In this document: piece by piece, positions 36,965 to 46,051 of the stretch
Layout of the letters: every line of letters begins with the position of its first letter
Position numbering within the stretch: position 1 is the first letter of the stretch
Translations under genes and position numbers: made by a program
Notes under the pieces: generated by a model
Told to the model about the DNA's origin: nothing
Databases searched by the model: none
What the model saw: the letters and a program-made list of their open reading frames with translations, nothing else
IMG/VR virus record: IMGVR_UViG_3300029258_003973
Reading direction: 5' to 3' (one strand)
Length of the DNA stretch: 61,488 nucleotides
DNA from: an uncultured virus (IMG/VR IMGVR_UViG_3300029258_003973)
Taxonomy: Duplodnaviria > Heunggongvirae > Uroviricota > Caudoviricetes

Positions 36965-38879
36965 TGTTACCCTCCATATATCTCTCTATCATGTCATTCT
37001 TCACTACTGTTTCTGTATAGTTCTTCATTCCTCTGGCACCTATAGATGAGTCATATGACTTAACTATATCTGGAATATATCTCTTTGCAGATGAAGGATC
37101 CTTCTCTATTCCTACTGCATATAGCCTTCCCTCCAACTCGTTGAGTAGCAGAGCAGCTATTTCCTTAAGGTGTTTCTTCCTGAGTTCAGAGAATTTCGAA
37201 ATTACCTGTATTCTGTTCAGTATCTCTTGCTTGAATACTTTCGTGTTCTCTACTTCCTCTCTATTGGATACCCTAGTACCTTTCTGCTTTCTTCCTGACG
37301 AGAAGCCTATGGTCCCTCCCCCTTGCTTGTTCCAGGTTATGTTGGATGTCATTATTATCAACATACCCCTCGCGTCATGACGTCTTCCCTTAGTATCCGC
37401 CAACATACCTGTACCTAGAAGTTCCATTATATGTTCCATGACGGTCTCGTGTGCCTTTTCTATTTCGTCCAGCAACAAGACTCCTCTAGGTGTACTGTCT
37501 ATGAAATCCATTATCTTAGGGGTATCACCATAGCCTATGTATCCTGGGGGCGCCCCTGTTATTCTACTCACACTGTGCTTCTCAGAATAAGTATTCATAT
37601 CTTCTTTGTGAAATGCGCCATCAAACATAACATCAGCTATCACACGGCCAAGCTCCGTCTTACCGACTCCGCTTGGGCCATAGAATAGAAACACACCGGA
37701 TGGTCTTTCTATGTCGGTGAGGCCAGCAGCAATGGACGTTAAGGTAGGAAGGATCTCAGAAAGGACCTCGTCCTGTCCTATTATCCTCCTCTTTATGCTA
37801 TTCTCAATATCAGAAGATATTACGTTTAGTGATGAGCGAATACCTATCTTAGGACCTATAGTTATATGCACGGCTTCCTCAATTTCCTTCTGGGAGAAAT
37901 CTATATCATCAACATTAGTATGCTCAACCCCAAGACGATAATCATTCTGTATCTTAGGGAATAGAAGCATCCTCATTATATCTATCCCATTGGAAAGCTG
38001 CGAGCCTATTCCATATGCGTTCATTAGTGAGAATATTCTTCGCCCAGTTGGCTCAGTTATCGCATAGCCCTTTGTTACCATGCTGCAAAGAATCTCTATC
38101 ATCTCGTCATCCGAATACTCAGGCATGTCAAACACCTTAGCGTCACAAGCAGGTATTAGGTTTGAAAACCTGCTACTGTTCCTGCATATAAATAGCATGC
38201 AGAACTTTCTGTTCCTGAAGAACTTTATGAACTCAAACTCAGAGGCAGTGTTCATTCCCTCAAGGTCTGCATCATCAAGATAAACTAGACCATTAGAGGA
38301 AAGGCTGATAGGGGTAGCGGCAGAAGACATAGTTCTATAATCAAAAACTACTACCCCTGCTTCTTCGAGACTCTCCCTGAGTTTCATAACTAGGGTAGTC
38401 TTACCAGTCATGCCTTCTCCTCTCAGTACCATGAACTGGCGACCACCTGAAAGAATTGTAGATGTAATGATCTTTACCAGTTTGTCATGAAGCTCGTTTA
38501 CCTTTTGCCCAACAAGCTGAAGAGCAACCGGCTGTGGTATCTCCTCAGAATCAGAGTTACCGAGTACATCAGAGTCATCATCAGTATCTTGCCCACTACA
38601 GGCATTGCTGTTGACGCTACTCTCTGCACCCTGAGAGTTGCCACAGGCAGTGAAGAGAAATTGCCATTCATCATTACAACCTCCATTCTCATTTAATAGT
38701 GCGTCTATTTTCTGCTTAAGCTGAACATCATCCATGCTAGACGCCCACTTCTTCAGTCTTATTCCTTTAGAGCCAAGGGAGCGTGCCACAAGATCTATAA
38801 ACATCCTGGGCTGCTCCCTCACTTCTAAAGCCTTCCGGAAGTGAGCAGTATATAAGTACTTCCTCGCCTTCTGGTCCAT
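36948..38879 (-). CDS. ClpA/ClpB-like AAA+ chaperone with degenerate first AAA domain
   Basis: D2: RIIGQD, RPSGVFLFYGPSGVGKT, GAPPGYIGY, LLLDEIEKAH, IMTSN, GARGMK; D1 GEGMTGKT. Confidence 0.9.
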   Translation of the reverse strand: MDQKARKYLYTAHFRKALEVREQPRMFIDLVARSLGSKGIRLKKWASSMDDVQLKQKIDALLNENGGCNDEWQFLFTACGNSQGAESSVNSNACSGQDTDDDSDVLGNSDSEEIPQPVALQLVGQKVNELHDKLVKIITSTILSGGRQFMVLRGEGMTGKTTLVMKLRESLEEAGVVVFDYRTMSSAATPISLSSNGLVYLDDADLEGMNTASEFEFIKFFRNRKFCMLFICRNSSRFSNLIPACDAKVFDMPEYSDDEMIEILCSMVTKGYAITEPTGRRIFSLMNAYGIGSQLSNGIDIMRMLLFPKIQNDYRLGVEHTNVDDIDFSQKEIEEAVHITIGPKIGIRSSLNVISSDIENSIKRRIIGQDEVLSEILPTLTSIAAGLTDIERPSGVFLFYGPSGVGKTELGRVIADVMFDGAFHKEDMNTYSEKHSVSRITGAPPGYIGYGDTPKIMDFIDSTPRGVLLLDEIEKAHETVMEHIMELLGTGMLADTKGRRHDARGMLIIMTSNITWNKQGGGTIGFSSGRKQKGTRVSNREEVENTKVFKQEILNRIQVISKFSELRKKHLKEIAALLLNELEGRLYAVGIEKDPSSAKRYIPDIVKSYDSSIGARGMKNYTETVVKNDMIERYMEGNNGSNS

Positions 38880-38890
38880 CCGGTCCTCCT

Positions 38891-39205
38891 CTAAAGAACT
38901 ATGTCGTCATTGGAACCCGAACCACCATAACTCCCCTGTTGAGACGAGGAATTCTTCTTCTTAGGAAGATACTTAGCTTCCGAAGGAGATATGATAACGA
39001 GCCTGTCGTCATCGGTGCTATTCTCTCTCCTTTTCTTAGGCACAACTACCTTCAAGGTAACTACATTTGTTCCTAGTTCCCTCTTGACAGCGTCAAGATC
39101 GAAAGTCTTGGACCATATGTACTTGTTTCCCGTACTCTTTGATGCGTACACCTTTGCGTCTACAAAGGCTACAGGACCATCATCTCTTTGTTGATTTCCA
39201 GCCAT
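38891..39205 (-). CDS. putative small ssDNA-binding protein
   Basis: beta-rich core, S/G/Q linker, acidic SSB-like tail NDDIVL; AAGGAGGT SD. Confidence 0.5.
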   Translation of the reverse strand: MAGNQQRDDGPVAFVDAKVYASKSTGNKYIWSKTFDLDAVKRELGTNVVTLKVVVPKKRRENSTDDDRLVIISPSEAKYLPKKKNSSSQQGSYGGSGSNDDIVL

Positions 39206-39250
39206 GTGCTGAACCTCCTTTATTATTAACATATAGGATCAAACTCTTGG

Positions 39251-39279
39251 AAAAGGTGGGGACGATGCCCCCATCCTTT
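39251..39279 (-). terminator. intrinsic terminator after RNA polymerase gene
   Basis: AAAGGATGGGG-GCATCGT-CCCCACCTTTT hairpin with U tract. Confidence 0.7.
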
Positions 39280-39315
39280 ATACTCTCAATATCTGCTAAT
39301 ACTCAGAGTGTGTTG

Positions 39316-42300
39316 CTATTTTCCAGAGAGTATTTCCTGCAATCTCTTGACCTTCTCGGTCATTACCTTATCATGGTCTACCCAATAATAGGGAGAATTA
39401 TCTACGTTACCCATCAGATAATCCATCATGGCTTCCCATATTCCAGATCCTAAGCTAGTATTTGAACATACCCTATTTGCTATGTTCGTAACACATATAT
39501 TTCTAGCACTACGCTGCGTTACTGCCAATACGGGATACTTGGCTTCAAGCATTCTTGTTCTCCCGCCATAGTTCTTTTGCTCCCTAGTGAACATTACGAG
39601 CTCATCTATGCACTCTTCATCAGAGAACCCCAGTTCCTTCAGAGCAGCGAGTATATCATCTTCATTTCCAGATGCCACACCATCCACTACTCTCAAAGCC
39701 GGTTGTCTTATTCCTGCCTTAGCGTCTAGAGTATTCTGAGCCAGCACATGATAGAGTTCCATAGCAGAATTCACCAGGTGCTTCTGCTCTGGTTGCCTAG
39801 TGAATATGAACGATAGACCCAGTGCACCGGTTCTGGCAGTACCATCTTTGATTATCTCAAATGCTCTAGCTGCTTTCATGCACTCGTCAAACCTTTCCTC
39901 AGCGCTCATCCCATTGTACAACTTAGCTAACAGATCTGGGTTCTTTACCACATCACTTTCATGAGGACATCCAAATGTAGAGGCCCATCCGACTCTCTTC
40001 CGCAGCTCACGATGAGCATGTTCAGCAGCAACACCATCTATTACTTTGGACGAAACTACAGCACTCTTTACATCTGGCACCAGTTTTGCCAAATCCCTAT
40101 ATGACTCATGATCTGTCGGGAACATCACGAACAACGCATCACCATCGAGGTCACCATCCATTCCACCTATTACTAGTGGAGATACACCTATAGTACTGTT
40201 ATCCCATAACACAAATGGAACAGCAATAACGTTGTTTGTCCTATGAACTGGATCTCTCTTCAACAGACAATACATCTTGCCCCTGCCATTATACACAGCG
40301 CCCATACTCGGGTGCTCTTTCCTTAACCTATTGAATTCTCTTCTAGGTATGGCAATAGTGAGCTCGTCCTCATGTTCCTGTACCATTCTGGATGATGCTA
40401 CCGCTCTTATCGTAGTCGGGAACACTGGCAGCAAGGCGTCGCGAATCATGCCTCCTTTCCCAGTAAGCATTCCTGCCATGATATTCTTATACCTCGCAAT
40501 CTGATAATTCACATCAGCATCATATCCTCTAGACCTTGAATGCTGTTCAGAGAATACACGGTTAGCATAAACAGCTATTCTACTGAACGTAGCACAGCCT
40601 TTTCCAAGGTCCTGTATAGCATTGTGGGGTGGAACAATGACCTTATCCTTTCCCACCTTTATATAACCATACATGGTAGATATCCTTGGGTCACATGCCG
40701 TATCCTGTAGGTCCATTTCGAGCAAAGACTCATAACTAAGGGGATTTCCGATTGATTCCCTGTCCAAACGGGCCTTGATCTCGAAGCAACCAGCACCTTC
40801 AGGTATGTTTCCTGATAGTGCATGCAACATAGGTATAATACTATTGTTCAGATATGTCTTGGCGCCGGATTTCTCTATTATCTGGTTCACCAGTACAGTA
40901 GCGCCTCTGGATATCATAGTCACTATATCAATTCCCAGCCTAGCATTCTTACTGGTTCTCCTGAAATCATCTACCTCAACTGTCGCTCTTCCGCATAACG
41001 CATCCTTTGCATTGTTATCTAGACGGTACATTGTCCTCATACTTATCGGGACGTCCTCATAGGTAGATCCACCGTACTGTACTGTTCCAGTATATTCTAT
41101 GTCGTACTCTTCCATAGTAGCATCCACATCCTTCATGGATAGTTCCTCCAGGGAATCAACCATCACTGACTCTTTGTTCCCTGACACCATAGAGTTGTAA
41201 TACCCTATAAGGGCCAATTTGTCCTCTATCTCAGCACCTAGGGCCAGCCTTTTCATAACGTACGGAGTAGCTATGTAGTGAGCTCTAACCTTGTTTCCGT
41301 TGCTGTCCTCCCATGTTGGCATCTTTTCATCAGGTAATATCGCACTGATAGTAGATTTGTTCCCGTGAGCATCAGCAACTTTGTCACCGACAACTAGAGG
41401 GTAATACACTAGGGAAGTAAACCTATGGGTAAGCCTTTCTTCTGGTATATCGTCAGCTGGAGTAAACAACTCATACTTAATAACTATCCCAAGGGATTTC
41501 ACCTTCGTTCTTATTTCCTTGGTAACTAATTCACCGGTCATATCCTTGTATTGTATGGCAGCTAGAAGATCACCTCTGCGTATGATGTTCATAGCAGTAG
41601 CGCGATTATCATAATCTCTTTCCTTTGGCCACATGGCCTGCAGCATTTCTCTAGCTTCCGTTACACCTATACCTTCGGCAGGCTTCTTTACATTCCACAC
41701 AGTAACAGGCTTATGAACACTTATACGGTCCACGCACGTCTTGAACGCAGCCATCTTCCTGGCGAACGTTTCAGAGACGACTATACCATCTTCATGATTC
41801 AGAGGATGTGTCATTCTCACACCTGGAATACTTACTGAATCTATTTCAGCTCTCACATCAGTTACAGCAAACGGAAGATCAGGTTCTTCTATCCTGAGAG
41901 CCCTGCTTATTCCTCTGGACACTATAGTTCTTCTTGGATCGTCAGCCATTATTCCTACCACCGATCTTCTCCATGTAGCATATGGGAATACAGAATCATA
42001 TCCCTTCACCAGCCGGCAGTCTACAATACTATACCCATCTCTTATCCTGGCTGTTCTTATAGGCTTGGACTGGCTACCACTACAGAAGTCTATAGGACCT
42101 CCTGACTTTATTGGAATATCCTTAATCAGTGGATGAATAACTACCGAGCCTATCTTATCTGCTATTCTGGAGGGGCCTACTTCTATTTCGTCTTCATCCA
42201 GATCGTTCAAATGTTCACTGCCTATAGGATCGCTTTCATCATCCTCATCTCTACAGTATCCTACAAAGGCCCTTAGTAGAGTATGCATAGATCTTATACT

Positions 42301-42858
42301 TCCACTTATTCCTAGGAAGCCACCTCTCTGAGATCTTTCTATGTCATCTCCTATCTTGGAGTTGAATAGTTCCAACAGTGCCATATCTATAGAGATGATG
42401 TTCCAGTTGTGAATATCAGACACATCGGCTATCTCATCTGGATATAACTCCTCTATAAGTGGAGTAACCTGTCTGAATCTCATGGTTTCCACTTCTGGGA
42501 AGAAGTCATTCAGTGATGATGCTGATTTACTAAGACCTATTGCCCTATTGACATATAGAACATTACCATTAAGCTGAAACACAGCCGGCGGTATCAACAT
42601 ATTTACACGGTACCATAATGACTTGTTCTTGCTCAATAAACCGTTCTCCATTACCATAGGAAGATACAGGTTCCCAGTATATTCTTCACCGGACTCGGAA
42701 CGAAATCCAACCCTTACCAGATGGGCTATATCAATCCCATCCTTATCCTTTGGGTGATCCTCTGCGTATTCAAACATCACCTCATAGGATATCCCATTTA
42801 CTTTACGGTTTCGGCACAAATACTTCTGTAATACGTCAGGCTTTATCAACCTCTCCAT
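39316..42858 (-). CDS. single-chain two-barrel DNA-dependent RNA polymerase (beta+beta' motifs fused)
   Basis: beta-like LNHEDGIVVS and GDKVADAHGNKSTIS; beta'-like LTGKGGMIR, LLKRDPVH and catalytic DLDGD (40138-40152). Confidence 0.9.
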   Translation of the reverse strand: MERLIKPDVLQKYLCRNRKVNGISYEVMFEYAEDHPKDKDGIDIAHLVRVGFRSESGEEYTGNLYLPMVMENGLLSKNKSLWYRVNMLIPPAVFQLNGNVLYVNRAIGLSKSASSLNDFFPEVETMRFRQVTPLIEELYPDEIADVSDIHNWNIISIDMALLELFNSKIGDDIERSQRGGFLGISGSIRSMHTLLRAFVGYCRDEDDESDPIGSEHLNDLDEDEIEVGPSRIADKIGSVVIHPLIKDIPIKSGGPIDFCSGSQSKPIRTARIRDGYSIVDCRLVKGYDSVFPYATWRRSVVGIMADDPRRTIVSRGISRALRIEEPDLPFAVTDVRAEIDSVSIPGVRMTHPLNHEDGIVVSETFARKMAAFKTCVDRISVHKPVTVWNVKKPAEGIGVTEAREMLQAMWPKERDYDNRATAMNIIRRGDLLAAIQYKDMTGELVTKEIRTKVKSLGIVIKYELFTPADDIPEERLTHRFTSLVYYPLVVGDKVADAHGNKSTISAILPDEKMPTWEDSNGNKVRAHYIATPYVMKRLALGAEIEDKLALIGYYNSMVSGNKESVMVDSLEELSMKDVDATMEEYDIEYTGTVQYGGSTYEDVPISMRTMYRLDNNAKDALCGRATVEVDDFRRTSKNARLGIDIVTMISRGATVLVNQIIEKSGAKTYLNNSIIPMLHALSGNIPEGAGCFEIKARLDRESIGNPLSYESLLEMDLQDTACDPRISTMYGYIKVGKDKVIVPPHNAIQDLGKGCATFSRIAVYANRVFSEQHSRSRGYDADVNYQIARYKNIMAGMLTGKGGMIRDALLPVFPTTIRAVASSRMVQEHEDELTIAIPRREFNRLRKEHPSMGAVYNGRGKMYCLLKRDPVHRTNNVIAVPFVLWDNSTIGVSPLVIGGMDGDLDGDALFVMFPTDHESYRDLAKLVPDVKSAVVSSKVIDGVAAEHAHRELRKRVGWASTFGCPHESDVVKNPDLLAKLYNGMSAEERFDECMKAARAFEIIKDGTARTGALGLSFIFTRQPEQKHLVNSAMELYHVLAQNTLDAKAGIRQPALRVVDGVASGNEDDILAALKELGFSDEECIDELVMFTREQKNYGGRTRMLEAKYPVLAVTQRSARNICVTNIANRVCSNTSLGSGIWEAMMDYLMGNVDNSPYYWVDHDKVMTEKVKRLQEILSGK

Positions 42859-42954
42859 ATTTTATACCTCCATATACATGTTATAATCTCGGAGATGTTC
42901 GCGCTCCGATTGTTGTTCGTTTGTATGGAAAAGTCTTCGTGTCCGTATTTTGAT

Positions 42955-43548
42955 TTAAGCGGCTAGGTCAGCTCTTATGGTTTCTACTAATTTATGTAGA
43001 ACCTGCTTATACGCTTCTTCTTTAAATATTGCTCTCTTTATTGCAGACGGGTGCTGTATGGCAGCTACCTTTATAGGTTTCAGATGAGCGGGTGATACTA
43101 TTTCTCCCTCAGCCCTGGTGATCTTTGATTTGCCCAGGACAAACTTCGGGTTAAGGCGGGAGTATGCTATCCTCCCTGCAGCTATTATCCACTTTGGTTT
43201 CACGTTTGTTATTTGCCAATTTAGCCACGATGCGCACGCGTCCATCTGTTCAGTTGTGGGATCCGCGTTCCTTGGTGGTTTGCATAGTACAACATTCGTT
43301 ATATAGTACTCGTTCAAGAACAGTCCTTCCTCTTCCAGTAACTCTACAAGATACGTTCCTGTTGGCCCTACCATAGGTTTCGCCAACCTGTCTTCTTCTT
43401 CACCTGGTGCTTCAGCTACTACCATTATATTAGACCTGGGATTGCCCCGGTATATAACTATGTTTCTTCTACTCATACATAGATTGCATCTCTCGCAACC
43501 TATTATTAAGTTCTCTACTCCAGACTTGTAATTTTCCCCCTCATACAT
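42955..43548 (-). CDS. udg: family-4 uracil-DNA glycosylase
   Basis: CERCNL, AEAPGEEE, TNVVLCKPP, HPSA. Confidence 0.93.
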   Translation of the reverse strand: MYEGENYKSGVENLIIGCERCNLCMSRRNIVIYRGNPRSNIMVVAEAPGEEEDRLAKPMVGPTGTYLVELLEEEGLFLNEYYITNVVLCKPPRNADPTTEQMDACASWLNWQITNVKPKWIIAAGRIAYSRLNPKFVLGKSKITRAEGEIVSPAHLKPIKVAAIQHPSAIKRAIFKEEAYKQVLHKLVETIRADLAA

Positions 43549-43564
43549 TTCAATCCCTCTCGCT

Positions 43565-43822
43565 CTATTTCTGTTTCTTTCCGGTAATGTCCTCCATGGT
43601 TACCTTTCTGCCTAATATCCTCTCTGCATTAGCCATAGCCTCATCCACAGTTCTTGACATCCGTGTTTTCGGCAGGCTAGTGCTTATTTTCTTTGTCTTA
43701 CTCTTTCTCTTGGCTTTAGGTGGATCATCTAAACCGAATGCGGATCTTTTGAACCTAACTTCCCCTCGGAGGGATTTACCATTTTCAATACAGTGGGTAT
43801 ACACTCTCTTCATAAGTCCCAT
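43565..43822 (-). CDS. small basic hypothetical protein
   Basis: GGAGG SD. Confidence 0.6.
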   Translation of the reverse strand: MGLMKRVYTHCIENGKSLRGEVRFKRSAFGLDDPPKAKRKSKTKKISTSLPKTRMSRTVDEAMANAERILGRKVTMEDITGKKQK

Positions 43823-43931
43823 ATATCCCTCCGTGTGCTTTCTCAGCCGTAACGGCCGATATGGTACGGGCGGCTCCTACCATTTCTATCAATAATGGAC
43901 GTGCCTCGCCTGTATGTTTCTTCCAGATATG

Positions 43932-44399
43932 TTACTGGGCTATTTCAAAGTGTGGTAGATCAACAAAAGTTTGATCCATTACTTCGGTATCTCTATCCCA
44001 ATCAGCTCCAGATCTTATCTTGATCCCCATCTGTTCAGCAATACCAAGCACATACCCGGCGAAGAAATACATTCTATTAGTATCTTTCCAGCGGATATGA
44101 GCAGGAGTACTATAATATGGTACTACGTCAACAGCTAGAGATGGAAGAAAGTTATGCTTACTGGGTTTATTGTGCCCATCTTTGTTAGTTACTACAAGCA
44201 ATGGGTTTTCTACAACCCATACACCTGATTCTGTTAGAACCCTCCCTCTCTTGAAGAGCTCCATCTGTTCATCTGCAGTTCTATGACCGTACAGTATCTT
44301 ACAATCAAACCCCTTTATGACTTCATAGAACAGTCTTTGGAGATCTTCATGGCAGCTGTCTAGTCTTTCCCTGGATGTTCTCGAGTACACTGGCATCAT
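43932..44399 (-). CDS. M15-family (L-Ala-D-Glu) peptidoglycan endopeptidase / endolysin
   Basis: G.RT..EQ..L, SKH...AVD, DLPHFE. Confidence 0.9.
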   Translation of the reverse strand: MMPVYSRTSRERLDSCHEDLQRLFYEVIKGFDCKILYGHRTADEQMELFKRGRVLTESGVWVVENPLLVVTNKDGHNKPSKHNFLPSLAVDVVPYYSTPAHIRWKDTNRMYFFAGYVLGIAEQMGIKIRSGADWDRDTEVMDQTFVDLPHFEIAQ

Positions 44400-44772
44400 C
44401 TTTTTCCTTCATTAGTGTCCAACCCTTTGGTGGACAATGATTTATGATGTCATTATACTCTATAAATACTTTGCAGTCAAGCATAATAAGACTGCTAAGA
44501 CTGAAGTTTGTCATTATACACATGTGATCATATTCGCATTCTCTATAACCATATAGTACTATATCTGGTTCCCCCTTGTCTACAACGAGCTCACTTATGG
44601 TCCCGAAGGCATACCATTTACATCGTGGAGATATTCCAGGTGGGCTATCAATGAACAACAAGCAAACGTGCAGATTTCCTTCTGGATCCCTAACAACTGG
44701 ATGGGAGTGAAAAGGGTTCTCGCGGGTCCTCTTGCCTAGTTTGCAAGCTAGGTCTATCAGGTCGTATTCCAT
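44347..44772 (-). CDS. hypothetical protein
   Basis: ORF with SD. Confidence 0.55.
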   Translation of the reverse strand: MEYDLIDLACKLGKRTRENPFHSHPVVRDPEGNLHVCLLFIDSPPGISPRCKWYAFGTISELVVDKGEPDIVLYGYRECEYDHMCIMTNFSLSSLIMLDCKVFIEYNDIINHCPPKGWTLMKEKDDASVLENIQGKTRQLP

Positions 44773-44935
44773 TGCTTTCCTTCCCTCCCATTACTACCTC
44801 AACTATCATTTGCGTCATCTGAGGTAATGACATACCAGGAGCGTTCTCAGCTATCATATGCATGATAGCCGGAGCTTTCTCCCTATTCTGTAACATCATC
44901 TCTACTTTATCTCTCAAGTTCTTATCATTTATCAT
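44690..44935 (-). CDS. hypothetical protein
   Basis: ORF; tail overlaps next gene. Confidence 0.5.
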   Translation of the reverse strand: MINDKNLRDKVEMMLQNREKAPAIMHMIAENAPGMSLPQMTQMIVEVVMGGKESNGIRPDRPSLQTRQEDPREPFSLPSSC

Positions 44936-45104
44936 AGTCTACTTCCTACAGGTATCCTGTATAAGAGCATCTTATTAATAAGCTATGGTCTTCGTTTTCT
45001 TCATACTTCGTTGACATTCTGTTAACGAAGTCGCAGTTTACAAGTTTGCGAGCTTATTAATGAAGTCATATGCTGCCCGTACCGGGCAGTAATAACATAC
45101 CTGT

Positions 45105-45485
45105 TTATCTCCTACCATAATCGTCCTGAAGACGTTCTATGTCGTCCTCTTCTAGTCTTTCTCCTGTTTGTAATTCTAATATCTCCAGAGGTTCTATACT
45201 GGAACACTGGACTCGATGGAGTGTTCCGGCAGGTATAACTGCCTGACTTCCTGGTTTTATAGATCTAAGATAGTTACCGGTTGTGAGCACTCCTGTACCT
45301 GACAATATATGCCAGTACTCGTCCCTGTACTTATGCTTCTGCAGACTCAGTCTGTGTTCAGGGGTAACATGGATGAGTTTTATCTTATACTTTCCGTTGC
45401 TATCTTCCTGGAGTGTCTTAAAATACCCCCAGGGTCTGTGCTCCTTCTTGGCACTTCTGTTTAAAATATCCTTTAAGGCCTTCAT
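45105..45485 (-). CDS. cupin, mannose-6-phosphate isomerase type II C-terminal domain
   Basis: RPWG, RLSLQKHKYRDEYW, HRV, ILELQTG..LEEDDIERLQDDYGR. Confidence 0.9.
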   Translation of the reverse strand: MKALKDILNRSAKKEHRPWGYFKTLQEDSNGKYKIKLIHVTPEHRLSLQKHKYRDEYWHILSGTGVLTTGNYLRSIKPGSQAVIPAGTLHRVQCSSIEPLEILELQTGERLEEDDIERLQDDYGRR

Positions 45486-45505
45486 CTCCTCCTCCGTTGC
45501 ATATT

Positions 45506-45764
45506 TGTCTGGGTGTGGACTCGAACCACTGGGGATCTTTTCAGAGCTTCTCGGGTTGGGTGATTTCTCGTTCCCTCACCTCCCACAGCTGCCGACTTTA
45601 AGCATTCATCGTGGACTCCAACGCACCTCTTCTTGGACCGATTCCATCCCCCTTAAACCAGCGTTCCAGCTGGATGGATGGGGCCTGTTAATTCAGGCTC
45701 AACGCGTCGTCACGTCTTAACCCCCTCACGTAGCCTACCGGCAACCCAGCCGGACTGCCCAGAC
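45506..45764 (-). ncRNA. 259-nt tRNA-framed RNA with ~180-nt insert replacing the anticodon loop
   Basis: acceptor GTCTGGG/CCCAGAC-A, T arm GTGG-TTCGAGT-CCAC, stem GGGGGTT/GATCCCC enclosing a structured insert. Confidence 0.65.
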
Positions 45765-45768
45765 TATA

Positions 45769-45969
45769 CTATCCAGTTACTGTAATCATCTCCCCGTCTA
45801 TCTTGACCTTAACGGGATATCCAAACTTCTTGGCGGTTCTCTTAGCTCTATTGAGTTTGTTTGTCTCCCACCTACGAGACTGATTGTACCTCATTTGAGC
45901 CGAGCTTCTTTTCTTACGACCATGTTTCCTGGTCTTATTACCACGCTTTGTACCACCTGATTCTGCCAT
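45769..45969 (-). CDS. small basic protein
   Basis: K/R-rich 66 aa; AGGAG SD. Confidence 0.6.
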   Translation of the reverse strand: MAESGGTKRGNKTRKHGRKKRSSAQMRYNQSRRWETNKLNRAKRTAKKFGYPVKVKIDGEMITVTG

Positions 45970-46051
45970 TGTAAATCTCCTCTAATGTATTTGCGTCACA
46001 TTTTCATCGTTTAACTGGCCTCCTTTTGTTACAAATATTATAGGTGGTTCA

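Noticed and set aside
45283..45720. Plus-strand ORFs over RNA genes (also 30833-31126, 46897-47361, 47492-47692)
   Set aside because: Antisense shadows of minus-strand genes and structured RNAs, with no SD or protein-like features
45506..45764. Group I intron-containing tRNA, RNase P RNA or second tmRNA
   Set aside because: No recognisable P7/R/S core, no GAGGAAAGTCC motif, no G3.U70 pair or tag ORF
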